Virus record (IMG/VR): IMGVR_UViG_3300025809_001850 | Source of the DNA: a virus | Taxonomy: Duplodnaviria; Caudoviricetes | DNA length: 64,000 nt | Direction: 5' to 3' (one strand) | Shown: piece after piece, positions 37,408 through 47,435 of the stretch | How positions within the stretch are numbered: position 1 is the first letter of the stretch | How the letters are laid out: each line of letters starts with the position of its first letter | The notes under the pieces: model-generated | Databases searched by the model: none | The model's input: only the letters and a program-made list of their open reading frames with translations | What the model was told of the DNA's origin: nothing | Made by a program: the position numbers and the translations under genes

Positions 37408-38472
37408 ATGAGATACATGAGAATAGTAAACGAGATAAAATTATCTCAAGTGGTAGGACCCAAACATAAAGATTCTGTTGAGTTTGTGCAAAAGTGGAAA
37501 CCTGGTGAAAAAATTCCTAATCCAAAATTTCTACAAATTAAAAGTGATGTATCAAGAGCATTTGATATTGCAACAAATAGCACAAAGTTGAAAGGTGCAA
37601 ACGAGTTCACCGTTTGGGGACTACAAAAACAAGATGGAGAAACCGAAGAATACAAATACTCATTTCCAAATTCGGTGTTGCACGTTGCCGGTTATCTTAA
37701 AAGAACCAAAAAGCAATTAAAAAGAACAATCACAAGTCCCAACGCAACCAAGTTGGTGAAGGCCGCAATGACTGCGTGTGAACCTTGGGTAGAAATTGCG
37801 GAAAAACTAAAAGCAATGAAAGGTGATGTGGTTAAACGTCAGATTGGTGTTGGAACTAAAAAGAATCCTGTTCCTACTGGAGTGCTTAACAAAGAAATTG
37901 AACAAGAACTTGAAAAAATTGGAAAAGGATTTGCAAAAGAATTAGAAGAAAACTTTGAAGATCATTATCACAGATTAATCAAGAATTATCAAGCAGCTGC
38001 AAAACGAAAAGGTTCAACAAGCACTTACGATTTGTATAAAAGTCGTGATGATTATCATTTGAACAAAATTCTCAGTAACTTTCTTGATAGTGAATATGAC
38101 CACACCGAACGAGGTGGATATGCTTATACACTTAAAAAAGATTACGTTAGCATCATTGACAAAATGGCAAAGCAATCAGCAAAAGATGCAGTTGAAAGTT
38201 TTGTACTGAAAATGAAAAATAAATTAAGTGTGATTGTAGGAAGTCGTGGTATTGGAGTTGATGTTAGTGGAAATAGCAATCGCAATACCATTTCGTTTGA
38301 ATTTGAAGATAGCAGTAAATTCACGGTGCAAAACTCAATTGTGTTAAGTTATAGTGTTTATGGAAAACCATTTTATCGTTATCCTACCACTTTTCACAAT
38401 GTTATTTTGCCAGACGGCAAGAAATTGAATAGTCCATCTGAAGCAAAAATCAAAAAAGAGTTTGTGAAGTAG
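37408..38472 (+). CDS. phage hypothetical protein
   Basis: 354 aa; C-terminal GKPFYRYPTTFHNVILPDG motif recalled from large-phage proteins. Confidence 0.7.
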   Translation: MRYMRIVNEIKLSQVVGPKHKDSVEFVQKWKPGEKIPNPKFLQIKSDVSRAFDIATNSTKLKGANEFTVWGLQKQDGETEEYKYSFPNSVLHVAGYLKRTKKQLKRTITSPNATKLVKAAMTACEPWVEIAEKLKAMKGDVVKRQIGVGTKKNPVPTGVLNKEIEQELEKIGKGFAKELEENFEDHYHRLIKNYQAAAKRKGSTSTYDLYKSRDDYHLNKILSNFLDSEYDHTERGGYAYTLKKDYVSIIDKMAKQSAKDAVESFVLKMKNKLSVIVGSRGIGVDVSGNSNRNTISFEFEDSSKFTVQNSIVLSYSVYGKPFYRYPTTFHNVILPDGKKLNSPSEAKIKKEFVK

Positions 38473-38550
38473 TTCTATGTTGTCGCAAACTGACAATAAA
38501 AAACTTGCAAAATTGTCATAATAATATATATTTAAGTTATTGGATATATT

Positions 38551-40680
38551 ATGAAAAACGTAAGTTTTGTGCTAGTGGGGCTCTTTTTGAGTATTTCTGT
38601 CGGGTTAACCGCACAGGAAAAAATTAATGCCGAAGAACTAAAAGAGATTTCTTTAGAACGAAAAGTTGTTACTATTATTAGTAGCAATGGAAAAGAACAA
38701 ACTGGTAAAGTTCTTGAGTACGATGGAGAAAGTGTGCTATTTCAACGACAACAAGATTTACAACTATTTCGTTTGAAACTTGAAGCACTTGCATTGCAAT
38801 CTCAACGTATGATCAAAGATGATTATATGACTGCTGATTATAATGTACCAAAACTTGAAAGACCATTAAAAGAAGCAACCATTAAAAAGTTGGCAAGATA
38901 TGCTGATAATCTTGTGCTTGAAAAACTTCGTAGTGAACGGCAAAGACCAACCAGTGATACAGATGATTATACTTTTATGCGTAGAGCATATCTCAAGATA
39001 ATTGGTCGTATTCCTGGTAAAGCAGAAATTGATGAATTCAAAACAGAAATGCGTGGAAATAAACTTAAATTAATCAACAAGTTGTTAGACACTGAGGGTT
39101 ATGTTAGTCATCAGTTAAATTATTTTGCTGATATTCTTCGCATTCAAGACAAACTTAATAATACCAACATTAATAGTGGATTTCGTTATCGTGAATTTGT
39201 TCGTACTGAAATTCGTAATAATACTCCGTTTGATGAATTCGTGCAAAAACTAATTGCGGTGGAAGGTGCTTATTATGAACCTGGTAACGAAGCAATAGGA
39301 TTTTATTTGCGTGATCGTGGTATGCCATTAGATAATCTTGCAAACACCGTACAAGTGTTTTTAGGAACTCGTTTAGAATGTGCGATGTGTCATGATCATC
39401 CATTTGATAAATGGACACAAAAGCAGTTTTATGAAATGTCTGCATTCACAGACGGAGTTGGTCGTGTTCGTGGACCAAAAGAGTTTCAAACAATTGTTAA
39501 TGAATTCAATAAACTTGTTCGTGCTGATAAATCACCCGAAAATAACACACTTCAACAATATCGTAATTATATTCGTGATATTATGGGATACGGATTAGCA
39601 GATGAATTAGGCAAAGGAACAATCAAACTCACAGATGCATTTATGGAAGATGATGCAAAACCAGGTGACACACTTCATGCAAAAGCAATTTTTGCACCAC
39701 CATTGAAAATTGAACAAGGAGCAAAACTTCCACAAAGTCGTAAGCAGTTTTCTGAATGGATTACATCAGAAGCAAATCCAAGATTCACCACCGTTATTGT
39801 AAATCGTTTATGGAAACGAGCATTTGGAATTGGGTTGATTGAACCTGTGGACGATATGAATGATATGACCGAATCTAGTAATCCTAAGTTGCTTGCGTAT
39901 CTTGAAAAAATTATGGCATCAGTTGATTATGATGTTAAAGAATTTATGCGAGTGCTTTATAGCATGGATTTATTTACACGTGATAGTGTTAAAGATGATT
40001 ATGAAAGTATGGAAACATTTTACTTTGCAGGACCTCCACTTCAACGAATGACAGGAGAACAAATTTGGGATTCATTGGTAACATTAGTTTACAACAACAT
40101 TGATTCACCTGAACGAGTTCCTTCAAATTACGATGAAAAGTATCAAGCAGTTTATGAACGATACAAAGATAAAACTGCTCAAGAAATTTTTGACGAATTA
40201 AAAGTGTATATCGCCGAGACCGAGAAACCAGCCCGAAATCTTGCAGATGTTGTTGCTCAGTTGAATAAAGCAGAAGGAACAACATACGAACTAAAAAAGA
40301 TACCTGCACGTGATTTGATACGAAGCAGTTACATAGGATATCCCGCAAGAGGTGGACACCTCATTCGTCAGTTTGGTGGAAGTGATAAACAACTCATTGA
40401 AAACTCAAACTTTGAAGCAACTACACCTCAAGTTCTTAATATGCTCAATGGATTCGTTGAGCAAAAAATCGTAAACAATAAAAATGCCGACTTTATGAAA
40501 CAAATGGCACAAGAAAAACGTGAAACCGGAAAAATTGAAGATGTTTTTATGAGCATTCTTAATCGTGAACCAAACGCAAAAGAAATGAAACTTTTGAAAA
40601 AATACATTGATCAAAAAGACGGAGCAAAACATATTGCATGGATTCTTATGAACTCCCATGAATTTATTTTTATTCGTTAA
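38551..40680 (+). CDS. SHD1-DUF1549-DUF1553 protein (PVC-type)
   Basis: Signal peptide; SHD1-like TIISSNGKEQTGKV; DDYTFMRRAYLKIIGRIP; FLGTRLECAMCHDHPFDKWTQ (CxxCH); NPRFTTVIVNRLWKRAFGIGL; AWILMNSHEFIF. Confidence 0.9.
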   Translation: MKNVSFVLVGLFLSISVGLTAQEKINAEELKEISLERKVVTIISSNGKEQTGKVLEYDGESVLFQRQQDLQLFRLKLEALALQSQRMIKDDYMTADYNVPKLERPLKEATIKKLARYADNLVLEKLRSERQRPTSDTDDYTFMRRAYLKIIGRIPGKAEIDEFKTEMRGNKLKLINKLLDTEGYVSHQLNYFADILRIQDKLNNTNINSGFRYREFVRTEIRNNTPFDEFVQKLIAVEGAYYEPGNEAIGFYLRDRGMPLDNLANTVQVFLGTRLECAMCHDHPFDKWTQKQFYEMSAFTDGVGRVRGPKEFQTIVNEFNKLVRADKSPENNTLQQYRNYIRDIMGYGLADELGKGTIKLTDAFMEDDAKPGDTLHAKAIFAPPLKIEQGAKLPQSRKQFSEWITSEANPRFTTVIVNRLWKRAFGIGLIEPVDDMNDMTESSNPKLLAYLEKIMASVDYDVKEFMRVLYSMDLFTRDSVKDDYESMETFYFAGPPLQRMTGEQIWDSLVTLVYNNIDSPERVPSNYDEKYQAVYERYKDKTAQEIFDELKVYIAETEKPARNLADVVAQLNKAEGTTYELKKIPARDLIRSSYIGYPARGGHLIRQFGGSDKQLIENSNFEATTPQVLNMLNGFVEQKIVNNKNADFMKQMAQEKRETGKIEDVFMSILNREPNAKEMKLLKKYIDQKDGAKHIAWILMNSHEFIFIR

Positions 40681-40707
40681 ATTTAAAACAGAACAGGAAA
40701 CTATAAA

Positions 40708-41991
40708 ATGGAACATTTATTAACAGACGAATTATCAAGAAGAAAATTTATTAAAGGAATGGCCAAGACTTGTCTTGGAGTAAGTGCAATTATGGGAGCA
40801 AGTGATTTGAACGCATATGAAATACCTGGCAAACCTGCATCTGCACGACACGTCATATTTTTGTATATGTCAGGTGGAATGACTCACATTGATACATTTG
40901 ATCCGAAACCAGAAAACGCAGAAGTAATGGGTGAAACCAATGCAATTGCTACAAGTGCAGATGGAATTCAAATTGGTCATTGGTTACCAGAAACTGCAAA
41001 ACAAATGCACAACGCATCTTTGATTCGTAGTTTAACAAGCAATCAAGGAGCACACCAACAAGCAAATTATTTGCTTCATACTTCATATCAACGAAGAGGA
41101 ACAATCAAACATCCTACGTTGGGAAGTTGGGTAAGTCGGTTGTCAGGTAAATTGAATAAAACTTTGCCTGCACAAGTTCGCATCAACGGAGGAAGTGATG
41201 TTCTTGGTGCAGGATTTCTTGAAAGCAAACACGGACCTCTTCCGTTGGGAAATCCTTCAAGTGGAATTCAGAACTCAAAGGCTGCGAAGTATCTTGATGA
41301 AACTATGTATGACGGCCGTTTAAAAACTGCACAAGAATTCAACAAAATGTTTCTTGGTGAATATTCACAAAAGCAAGTTCGTGCTTATACAGATTTGTAT
41401 AACGATGCAGTAAAATTAATGAGCAGTAAAGATTTGGAAGCATTTGATTTAACAAAAGAAACTCAAGAAACACGTGATATGTACGGAGATGATAATTTTG
41501 GCCAAGGATGTTTGCTTGCACGAAGATTGGTAGATACCGGTGTTCGTTTTGTTGAAGTTCAACTTGGTGGTTGGGATATGCACAACGATGTATTCGGAAA
41601 CATGGAAACACGTGGTGCAACACTTGACCAAGGATTATCAGCATTATTAAAAGACCTTGAACGAACCGGTAAATTAAGCAACACAATGGTTGTGGTTGCA
41701 AGTGAGTTCGGAAGAAGTCCTGAAGTTAAAGCAGGTCGTATTGGTCGTGATCATCATCCTACTGCTTTTAGTGCGTTTCTTGCCGGTGGAGGAATCAAAG
41801 GTGGAACTGTTTATGGAGTAAGTGACAAACGAGCACATTATGTTGAAGAAGAAGGAGCATCAGTTGAAGACCTCAACGCAACAATTGCTCATGCTCTTGG
41901 ACTTAAACTTGAAGAAATACATTACTCTCCGAGTGGAAGACCTTTCAAGGTCGCACATGATGGTAAGATTCTAAACAAGATTCTTGCGTAA
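40708..41991 (+). CDS. DUF1501 protein (Tat-exported, sulfatase-like fold family)
   Basis: LSRRKFIKG twin-Arg; VIFLYMSGGMTHIDTFDPKP; GCLLARRLVDTGVRFVEV; GWDMH; SEFGRSP; RDHHP; AGGGIKGG. Confidence 0.95.
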   Translation: MEHLLTDELSRRKFIKGMAKTCLGVSAIMGASDLNAYEIPGKPASARHVIFLYMSGGMTHIDTFDPKPENAEVMGETNAIATSADGIQIGHWLPETAKQMHNASLIRSLTSNQGAHQQANYLLHTSYQRRGTIKHPTLGSWVSRLSGKLNKTLPAQVRINGGSDVLGAGFLESKHGPLPLGNPSSGIQNSKAAKYLDETMYDGRLKTAQEFNKMFLGEYSQKQVRAYTDLYNDAVKLMSSKDLEAFDLTKETQETRDMYGDDNFGQGCLLARRLVDTGVRFVEVQLGGWDMHNDVFGNMETRGATLDQGLSALLKDLERTGKLSNTMVVVASEFGRSPEVKAGRIGRDHHPTAFSAFLAGGGIKGGTVYGVSDKRAHYVEEEGASVEDLNATIAHALGLKLEEIHYSPSGRPFKVAHDGKILNKILA

Positions 41992-42284
41992 TGCGTTTAT
42001 TTAGCATCATTTGTTTGTTGTTGATGTTTCCGTTGCTATTGCTCGGAAACACCATCTCTGTACACGTAAAGGGTCTTGTATGCCCTTCGTGTGCAATAGG
42101 CATAACAAAGCATCTATTAAAGACCAACAAAATTAAAAAGGTTACTTTGAATGTTCAAACATCATATACTCATATAATACTATTAAAAAACAAAACATTA
42201 TCTGATGTTGAAATAAAAACTGCCATTGAAAATGCAGGTTACGAACTCGGTAAAAAAGGAATTCAGCGAAAATCTAATTCATGA
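41991..42284 (+). CDS. exported heavy-metal-associated (HMA) domain protein
   Basis: Signal peptide; VKGLVCPSCA metal-binding motif; IENAGY. Confidence 0.85.
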   Translation: MRLFSIICLLLMFPLLLLGNTISVHVKGLVCPSCAIGITKHLLKTNKIKKVTLNVQTSYTHIILLKNKTLSDVEIKTAIENAGYELGKKGIQRKSNS

Positions 42285-43822
42285 ATAATTTAGTGTTTGA
42301 GTTGTACAATTCACTTCGTACAAATTCTTCAAATGTATGTGTTACTGATTATAGTCTTGATAAACCAATTCATATAACCAAAAAGCAAATTTTGATAATG
42401 GCAACTGCGTTGTCAAAAGATATTGCTAAATCTACAAATTCCGATAGAGTTGGTGTTGTAATTCCAAGTTGTGGTGTAGGTATCATTGCTAATGTTGCGG
42501 TATTGCTTGCAGGTAAAATACCTGTGAATTTAAACTTTTCAGTTACAAATGATGTTGCAAGACATTGTTTAGCAAAATCGGGAATCAAGTTGATATTAAC
42601 AGTTTCTGCAATGCGTTCCAAATTTAAAGATTATCCGTTTACTGATAATACAATTGATTGTGATACACAATTAAAAGCATACAAATTTAACAAATGTAAA
42701 TTAATTTCAAATTACATTCTGCATTCACTTCCCACGTTCATTTCACGAAAAATACTGAGCATTTCACCAACCACACAATCAAAAGAATTAGCAGTTTTAT
42801 TTACAAGTGGAAGCAGTGGAAGTCCAAAAGGAGTATCATTATCTCATGCGAATATTCTTAGTAACATTGAGGGTATATGCCAAATGCAAAAGTTTCCACG
42901 TGATAGTAAACTGCTTGCCAATTTACCTTTATTTCATAGTTTTGGATTCACTGTTACAATGTGGTTACCGTTGATTAAGGGCATTCCGATTGTTACAATA
43001 CCAAGTCCCTTGGAAATAAATAAAACCATCACAGCGATTGAAAATGAGCAAGTAAGCATACTTCTAGGAACTCCCACCTTTTTGCGTGGATATCTTAAAA
43101 AAGGATCAAGCAATAAATTCAAAAGTTTGCAATATGTTGTTGCTGGGGCAGAAAAAAGCAATATAGATTTTATTAAACAATGGGAAACTTTAGCAGAATG
43201 CAAATATCTTGAAGGATATGGTCTTACAGAAACATCTCCTGTGATTTCATTGAATACCACCACCCACGGAATCAAACATGGATCAGTTGGAAAGTTGTTA
43301 CCGAATGTAATAGTTAAAACTATACATCCCGAAACAAAACAAGATTTAAGAAGACATGACAGTGGAATATTATGCTTTCAAGGCAACAACATATTCACAG
43401 GATATATCATGGATCGTTCAAAAACCAATTCATCATTTGAAAATGGTTGGTTTGTTACAGGTGATATAGGTAAACTTGATGAAGAAGGATTTCTTTTTAT
43501 TGAAGGAAGATTATCAAGATTTTCCAAAATTGGTGGGGAAATGATTCCACATGAAACAATTGAAGAATGTGCAGTCAAAATACTTGAATGGGAATCAAAC
43601 GAAGCAACCAACTTGGTGGTGGTCGGAAAGCCTCACGCAACAAAGGGTGAAGAATTGATTTTAATTACCACACAATCAATTGATTTTGATAATCTCAGAA
43701 GTAAACTATCCAAGCAACTTGGTAATTTATTCGTTCCCAAAAAACACCAAATCGTAAATGAAATACCTGTGCTTGCCACAGGAAAATTGGATTTACACGC
43801 AATAAAATCACTTGTAAACTAA
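42281..43822 (+). CDS. aas: acyl-ACP synthetase (Aas AMP-binding domain)
   Basis: VLFTSGSSGSPKGV, LPLFHSFG, EGYGLTETSP, FVTGDIG, GRLSRFSKIGGEMI, TGKLD; no acyltransferase domain. Confidence 0.85.
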   Translation: MNNLVFELYNSLRTNSSNVCVTDYSLDKPIHITKKQILIMATALSKDIAKSTNSDRVGVVIPSCGVGIIANVAVLLAGKIPVNLNFSVTNDVARHCLAKSGIKLILTVSAMRSKFKDYPFTDNTIDCDTQLKAYKFNKCKLISNYILHSLPTFISRKILSISPTTQSKELAVLFTSGSSGSPKGVSLSHANILSNIEGICQMQKFPRDSKLLANLPLFHSFGFTVTMWLPLIKGIPIVTIPSPLEINKTITAIENEQVSILLGTPTFLRGYLKKGSSNKFKSLQYVVAGAEKSNIDFIKQWETLAECKYLEGYGLTETSPVISLNTTTHGIKHGSVGKLLPNVIVKTIHPETKQDLRRHDSGILCFQGNNIFTGYIMDRSKTNSSFENGWFVTGDIGKLDEEGFLFIEGRLSRFSKIGGEMIPHETIEECAVKILEWESNEATNLVVVGKPHATKGEELILITTQSIDFDNLRSKLSKQLGNLFVPKKHQIVNEIPVLATGKLDLHAIKSLVN

Positions 43823-43831
43823 AAATAATGC

Positions 43832-43860
43832 TTGACTTTTTATAATAATTTTGGTAAGAT
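43832..43860 (+). promoter_or_regulatory. early promoter (repeat family)
   Basis: TTGACT-17bp-TAAGAT-ACTTGTATTGAGAGTGAG. Confidence 0.85.
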
Positions 43861-43903
43861 ACTTGTATTGAGAGTGAGTTTTAACAACGTTAAAAATAAA
43901 AAT

Positions 43904-44071
43904 ATGAGTGAAGTAAATAAGAATGACATTCTTGCGGAAAAGATTGCAAGAAGAATTGAAGTAAAGAATGATATCAAGGAAATGAGGTCGGTTGGAAATT
44001 ACGATGGTGCTGAGTTTTTATTGAATGAATTGAAGAGTTTGAACAATACAGTCAAGTTGTTCAGCAAGTAA
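43904..44071 (+). CDS. hypothetical protein
   Basis: Start moved to ATG 43904 because the track start is the promoter TTG. Confidence 0.55.
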   Translation: MSEVNKNDILAEKIARRIEVKNDIKEMRSVGNYDGAEFLLNELKSLNNTVKLFSK

Positions 44072-44268
44072 TGATTTCTTGGGAAGTAGCAGAAGCAAAA
44101 AAGGCTGCGAAGGTATATCGGTCGTTTAACATCAAGTGTCGTGTTGTCGTTTGCAAGCATTATTCCTCGTATCTGAGGGTGTATGATGATGCTTCTGATG
44201 ATTACTCAGAACGATACAACAAAGCACGAAAGAAGTGCAATACACTCGGTATAGAAGCATGGTATTAA
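44071..44268 (+). CDS. hypothetical protein
   Basis: 65-aa ORF, TAATG coupling. Confidence 0.5.
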   Translation: MISWEVAEAKKAAKVYRSFNIKCRVVVCKHYSSYLRVYDDASDDYSERYNKARKKCNTLGIEAWY

Positions 44269-44280
44269 TGAAAACAATGC

Positions 44281-44309
44281 TTGACTTTTTATAATAATTC
44301 TGATAGTAT
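44281..44309 (+). promoter_or_regulatory. early promoter (repeat family)
   Basis: TTGACT-17bp-TAGTAT..TATTGAAAGTGAG. Confidence 0.8.
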
Positions 44310-44346
44310 TACTGTATTGAAAGTGAGAGAAAAGAAACAAAAAATT

Positions 44347-44583
44347 ATGAGAGAAACAGAAATTAGAAACAAAATCAAAGAAATCGTTAACGAAAATATT
44401 CGTTATGCTGATCCTAAAGATTCCATTAACACAAGTAAGTTTCATGGATGGGAAGCAAAGGAGTTTGCCGGAAAAGAAGGATACTGCATTCAATCAGCAG
44501 AAGAAGTGCTTGATGATATCATACACGACTTGAAGTCTTTGCAAAGAGAAATTACAACTTCACTATCACCCACAACAATATAA
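44347..44583 (+). CDS. hypothetical protein
   Basis: Start moved to ATG 44347. Confidence 0.55.
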   Translation: MRETEIRNKIKEIVNENIRYADPKDSINTSKFHGWEAKEFAGKEGYCIQSAEEVLDDIIHDLKSLQREITTSLSPTTI

Positions 44584-44587
44584 TATT

Positions 44588-44827
44588 ATGAGTTTAAATC
44601 AACATATACAAGAATGTGCATCCGAATGTGGAGTTGACCTTGAGGTTAGCAATTCCAACGAAGAAAACATTGAATACAAAGGTCATGTCATTGAGGTGTG
44701 GTACGATGAAAATTCCAATTCACCTCTTGCATGGAATGCGTTCGTTAAAGGATTCGGAACTTATTCAGAGTATGGACGTGACCGAGTTGTTCATGTCGCA
44801 AAACGAAAAATAGACGGACTATGTTAA
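44588..44827 (+). CDS. hypothetical protein
   Basis: 79-aa ORF. Confidence 0.55.
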   Translation: MSLNQHIQECASECGVDLEVSNSNEENIEYKGHVIEVWYDENSNSPLAWNAFVKGFGTYSEYGRDRVVHVAKRKIDGLC

Positions 44828-44971
44828 ATGTTATCAAAAACATCGTTGGTGTAGCACTTACTTTATACGGTGCATTACTTGCTATCAACTTGATTTATTG
44901 TTTGATTGGTGAACTGAAGTGGAATAAAATTTTTTATTTGTGATTAAGAGTTTGGTTGATATATATACTGT

Positions 44972-46249
44972 ATGGATAAATTGACCACAGAAGATAAAAA
45001 TATCATCATTGAAGGAGTTGTTGGTGGTTCAAATAATCTTGAGTTTTTAAGCAAAAAATCTTCGTCACGAATCCACTTGTATAAAATCATGGTGTCAGGT
45101 GAACGAGCAGCTGCCAGACGAAAAATGCAAACGAACTTGCGTAAATATAAAATCAGATTTTCTGAGAAACGAATAAATAGTCTTTCGAGTGAACCAATTA
45201 CAGAGTTTGTAAAAAGTGGAGTTACGGTTAGAGTATTATACAAACCAGCATCTGGTGGAATGAATGAAACAACATTAAATTCTACAATAACTGAACTCGT
45301 ACCTTGTTTGATGTTTCACAATAATATTAAAGCAACTGATGTAAACAAGTTGCAACAAGAATTATATAAAATAAAACACTCAACTCAAAAGTGCTATGTA
45401 GATGTATCTGACTCTCGCACAGGACAAGAATTTGTTGAAAAGTTTGAAACATCTTCAAAGTATGCGGAGAAAATGAAAAACGCAATCGCAATCAATAAGT
45501 TTTTGATCGAGACTAATCGGCGGAAACCAATTAAAACGGTCTATTGGACATACAGAAAAAAACCATCAGGTATTCCATCTAATTCACCTGCTGATATTGT
45601 GATTTCATTTACTGATGGTGAAATGTTAGGAGTTAGTTTAAAAGCAGGAACAAGTTCAAGTAAAGAACCTTTGTTAAACACATACATCAATCCTGTGTTT
45701 GAATTTTTTGGTGGAAGTTCTCGTGTTGCAACGTTGCGTAAAAAGTTATACAACTCGGTTTATAGTAAAATAGAAAATATACCATCCTCACAAAATTACG
45801 ACAAACTAGAAAAAAACATTACCATTGAAAATCTAGAGTTGTTAAAAAGCACAGATGAAACTGAATACAATAAATTATACGATGATGCGTTGCAAATCAT
45901 TCGTGATGCTTTGGTGAAAACTTTGACGGAAAACAAAACCAAGTTTTTGAAGTATGTAAGAAGTGAAATATTAAGAGAAAGCAATGTAGCAGTAATTTTG
46001 ATCAAAGCAACTGGAACTTCATATGAAGAAAAACGAGATTCAAACAAATTAAAAAAACTTCTTCCTCAGACCATCAGTATTGATGCAAAAGTTTCATCTT
46101 CCAGCAAGCAAAACTTTTGTATAGAGTTAAAAGGAAAACAAGGATGTATAGGCAAAATGAATTGGTCGGTAAGAACAAACAAAGTTGCACCTTTAAATAA
46201 ACTTGGTCAGTTTTTCAATATGGCAGTTAAATACAATGGATTAGATTAA
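44972..46249 (+). CDS. putative PD-(D/E)xK restriction-endonuclease-fold protein
   Basis: NSTITELVPCL helix and SPADIVISFTDGEMLGVSLKAG catalytic-like motif. Confidence 0.6.
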   Translation: MDKLTTEDKNIIIEGVVGGSNNLEFLSKKSSSRIHLYKIMVSGERAAARRKMQTNLRKYKIRFSEKRINSLSSEPITEFVKSGVTVRVLYKPASGGMNETTLNSTITELVPCLMFHNNIKATDVNKLQQELYKIKHSTQKCYVDVSDSRTGQEFVEKFETSSKYAEKMKNAIAINKFLIETNRRKPIKTVYWTYRKKPSGIPSNSPADIVISFTDGEMLGVSLKAGTSSSKEPLLNTYINPVFEFFGGSSRVATLRKKLYNSVYSKIENIPSSQNYDKLEKNITIENLELLKSTDETEYNKLYDDALQIIRDALVKTLTENKTKFLKYVRSEILRESNVAVILIKATGTSYEEKRDSNKLKKLLPQTISIDAKVSSSSKQNFCIELKGKQGCIGKMNWSVRTNKVAPLNKLGQFFNMAVKYNGLD

Positions 46250-46250
46250 G

Positions 46251-46649
46251 TTAATCTGACAATTTCCATTCGTCACCATCTTCAAAATCTTCAAAATCTT
46301 CAACTTGATCAAAATCTTGATTATCTGCATAAGAATCGAGAAACTTGCTTTCATCTGATGTGAAGTGGTTTATGTCGTGCAAATACATATGACCATCAAA
46401 TGTAGGATACTTTTCACGAAATTTCTTTTCAAAGTCCATAAACTTTTCTAATGTTAATGTTTCGTGAGGAAAATCTATACAGGCCTCCATTTCTTCACCA
46501 AATGTTCCTCCTGCCGAACCTTTATATGAATCTACAAACAACAACATATCATCAACACGATGATCTATTTCATCTTCGGTAATGCCCACAAATCCGAACT
46601 CGTTTCCTCGGATCGTTATTCCATGTTTTATGTCAAATAAACCTTCCAC
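46251..46649 (-). CDS. acidic hypothetical protein
   Basis: 132-aa ORF, GTG start, convergent with 44972 gene. Confidence 0.6.
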   Translation of the reverse strand: MEGLFDIKHGITIRGNEFGFVGITEDEIDHRVDDMLLFVDSYKGSAGGTFGEEMEACIDFPHETLTLEKFMDFEKKFREKYPTFDGHMYLHDINHFTSDESKFLDSYADNQDFDQVEDFEDFEDGDEWKLSD

Positions 46650-46713
46650 TTGTATATGTAAATATGGAATACTACATGAAATGTATAGTTTTTTGATTTT
46701 ACGAAAAATGATG

Positions 46714-46742
46714 TTGACTTTTTATAATAGTTATGGTAAGAT
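46714..46742 (+). promoter_or_regulatory. early promoter (repeat family)
   Basis: TTGACT-17bp-TAAGAT. Confidence 0.75.
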
Positions 46743-46751
46743 AAAAACACA

Positions 46752-47435
46752 ATGAGAGAAACAATTATACCAAAAACTGCAATAACAGAATATAAAAAAG
46801 GTGTGATTATGCACTTTGTTAAAAGCAAATATGATAATTGTACATGGAATAAAAATCTCAGTACTTGGAAAATGCTTCAAAACCGATACGACAACGGAAC
46901 ACGTGATTCTCAGCAAAGCAAATTGTATGATGGTGAGTATAATTTACTTCCAAGTCGTGATGAAGATTATCTTGAGTTTGATGCAGTAATTTTAAAAATT
47001 GCAGAAGTTGTAAATGATACATGGTTTCGCAAAAAGTTTGGTCGTTTGTTTTCAGATACTGAACTAAAAGTAGAAAATACGAGTTCTCGTCAAAATATGG
47101 CATATGCGTTGGGAACAGACTTTTTGTCGTTACCACCTCAATTTTGTAATGTTCCTATTATTTTGCACGAATTAACTCATATCATTGTTGATAGATTATC
47201 TCATGTGGTTTACTTTAAAAAGAATTATACAACTCATGGCAGAATGTTTGCTTTTATTTATTTGGAATTAGTTAAAAAATATATGGGTACACGTTCACAT
47301 ACAATACTTAAAACGGGATTCAAAAACTATAACGTTAAGTATCACAACAGAATTGCTCAAACTAGTATTCGTAGAAAACTGCAACGAGAGCAACTTGTTC
47401 GTAATTTAAGCAAATGTGAAAAAGTTTCTAATTGA
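46752..47435 (+). CDS. SprT-like / zincin metallopeptidase-motif protein
   Basis: IILHELTHII..THGRMF. Confidence 0.65.
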   Translation: MRETIIPKTAITEYKKGVIMHFVKSKYDNCTWNKNLSTWKMLQNRYDNGTRDSQQSKLYDGEYNLLPSRDEDYLEFDAVILKIAEVVNDTWFRKKFGRLFSDTELKVENTSSRQNMAYALGTDFLSLPPQFCNVPIILHELTHIIVDRLSHVVYFKKNYTTHGRMFAFIYLELVKKYMGTRSHTILKTGFKNYNVKYHNRIAQTSIRRKLQREQLVRNLSKCEKVSN

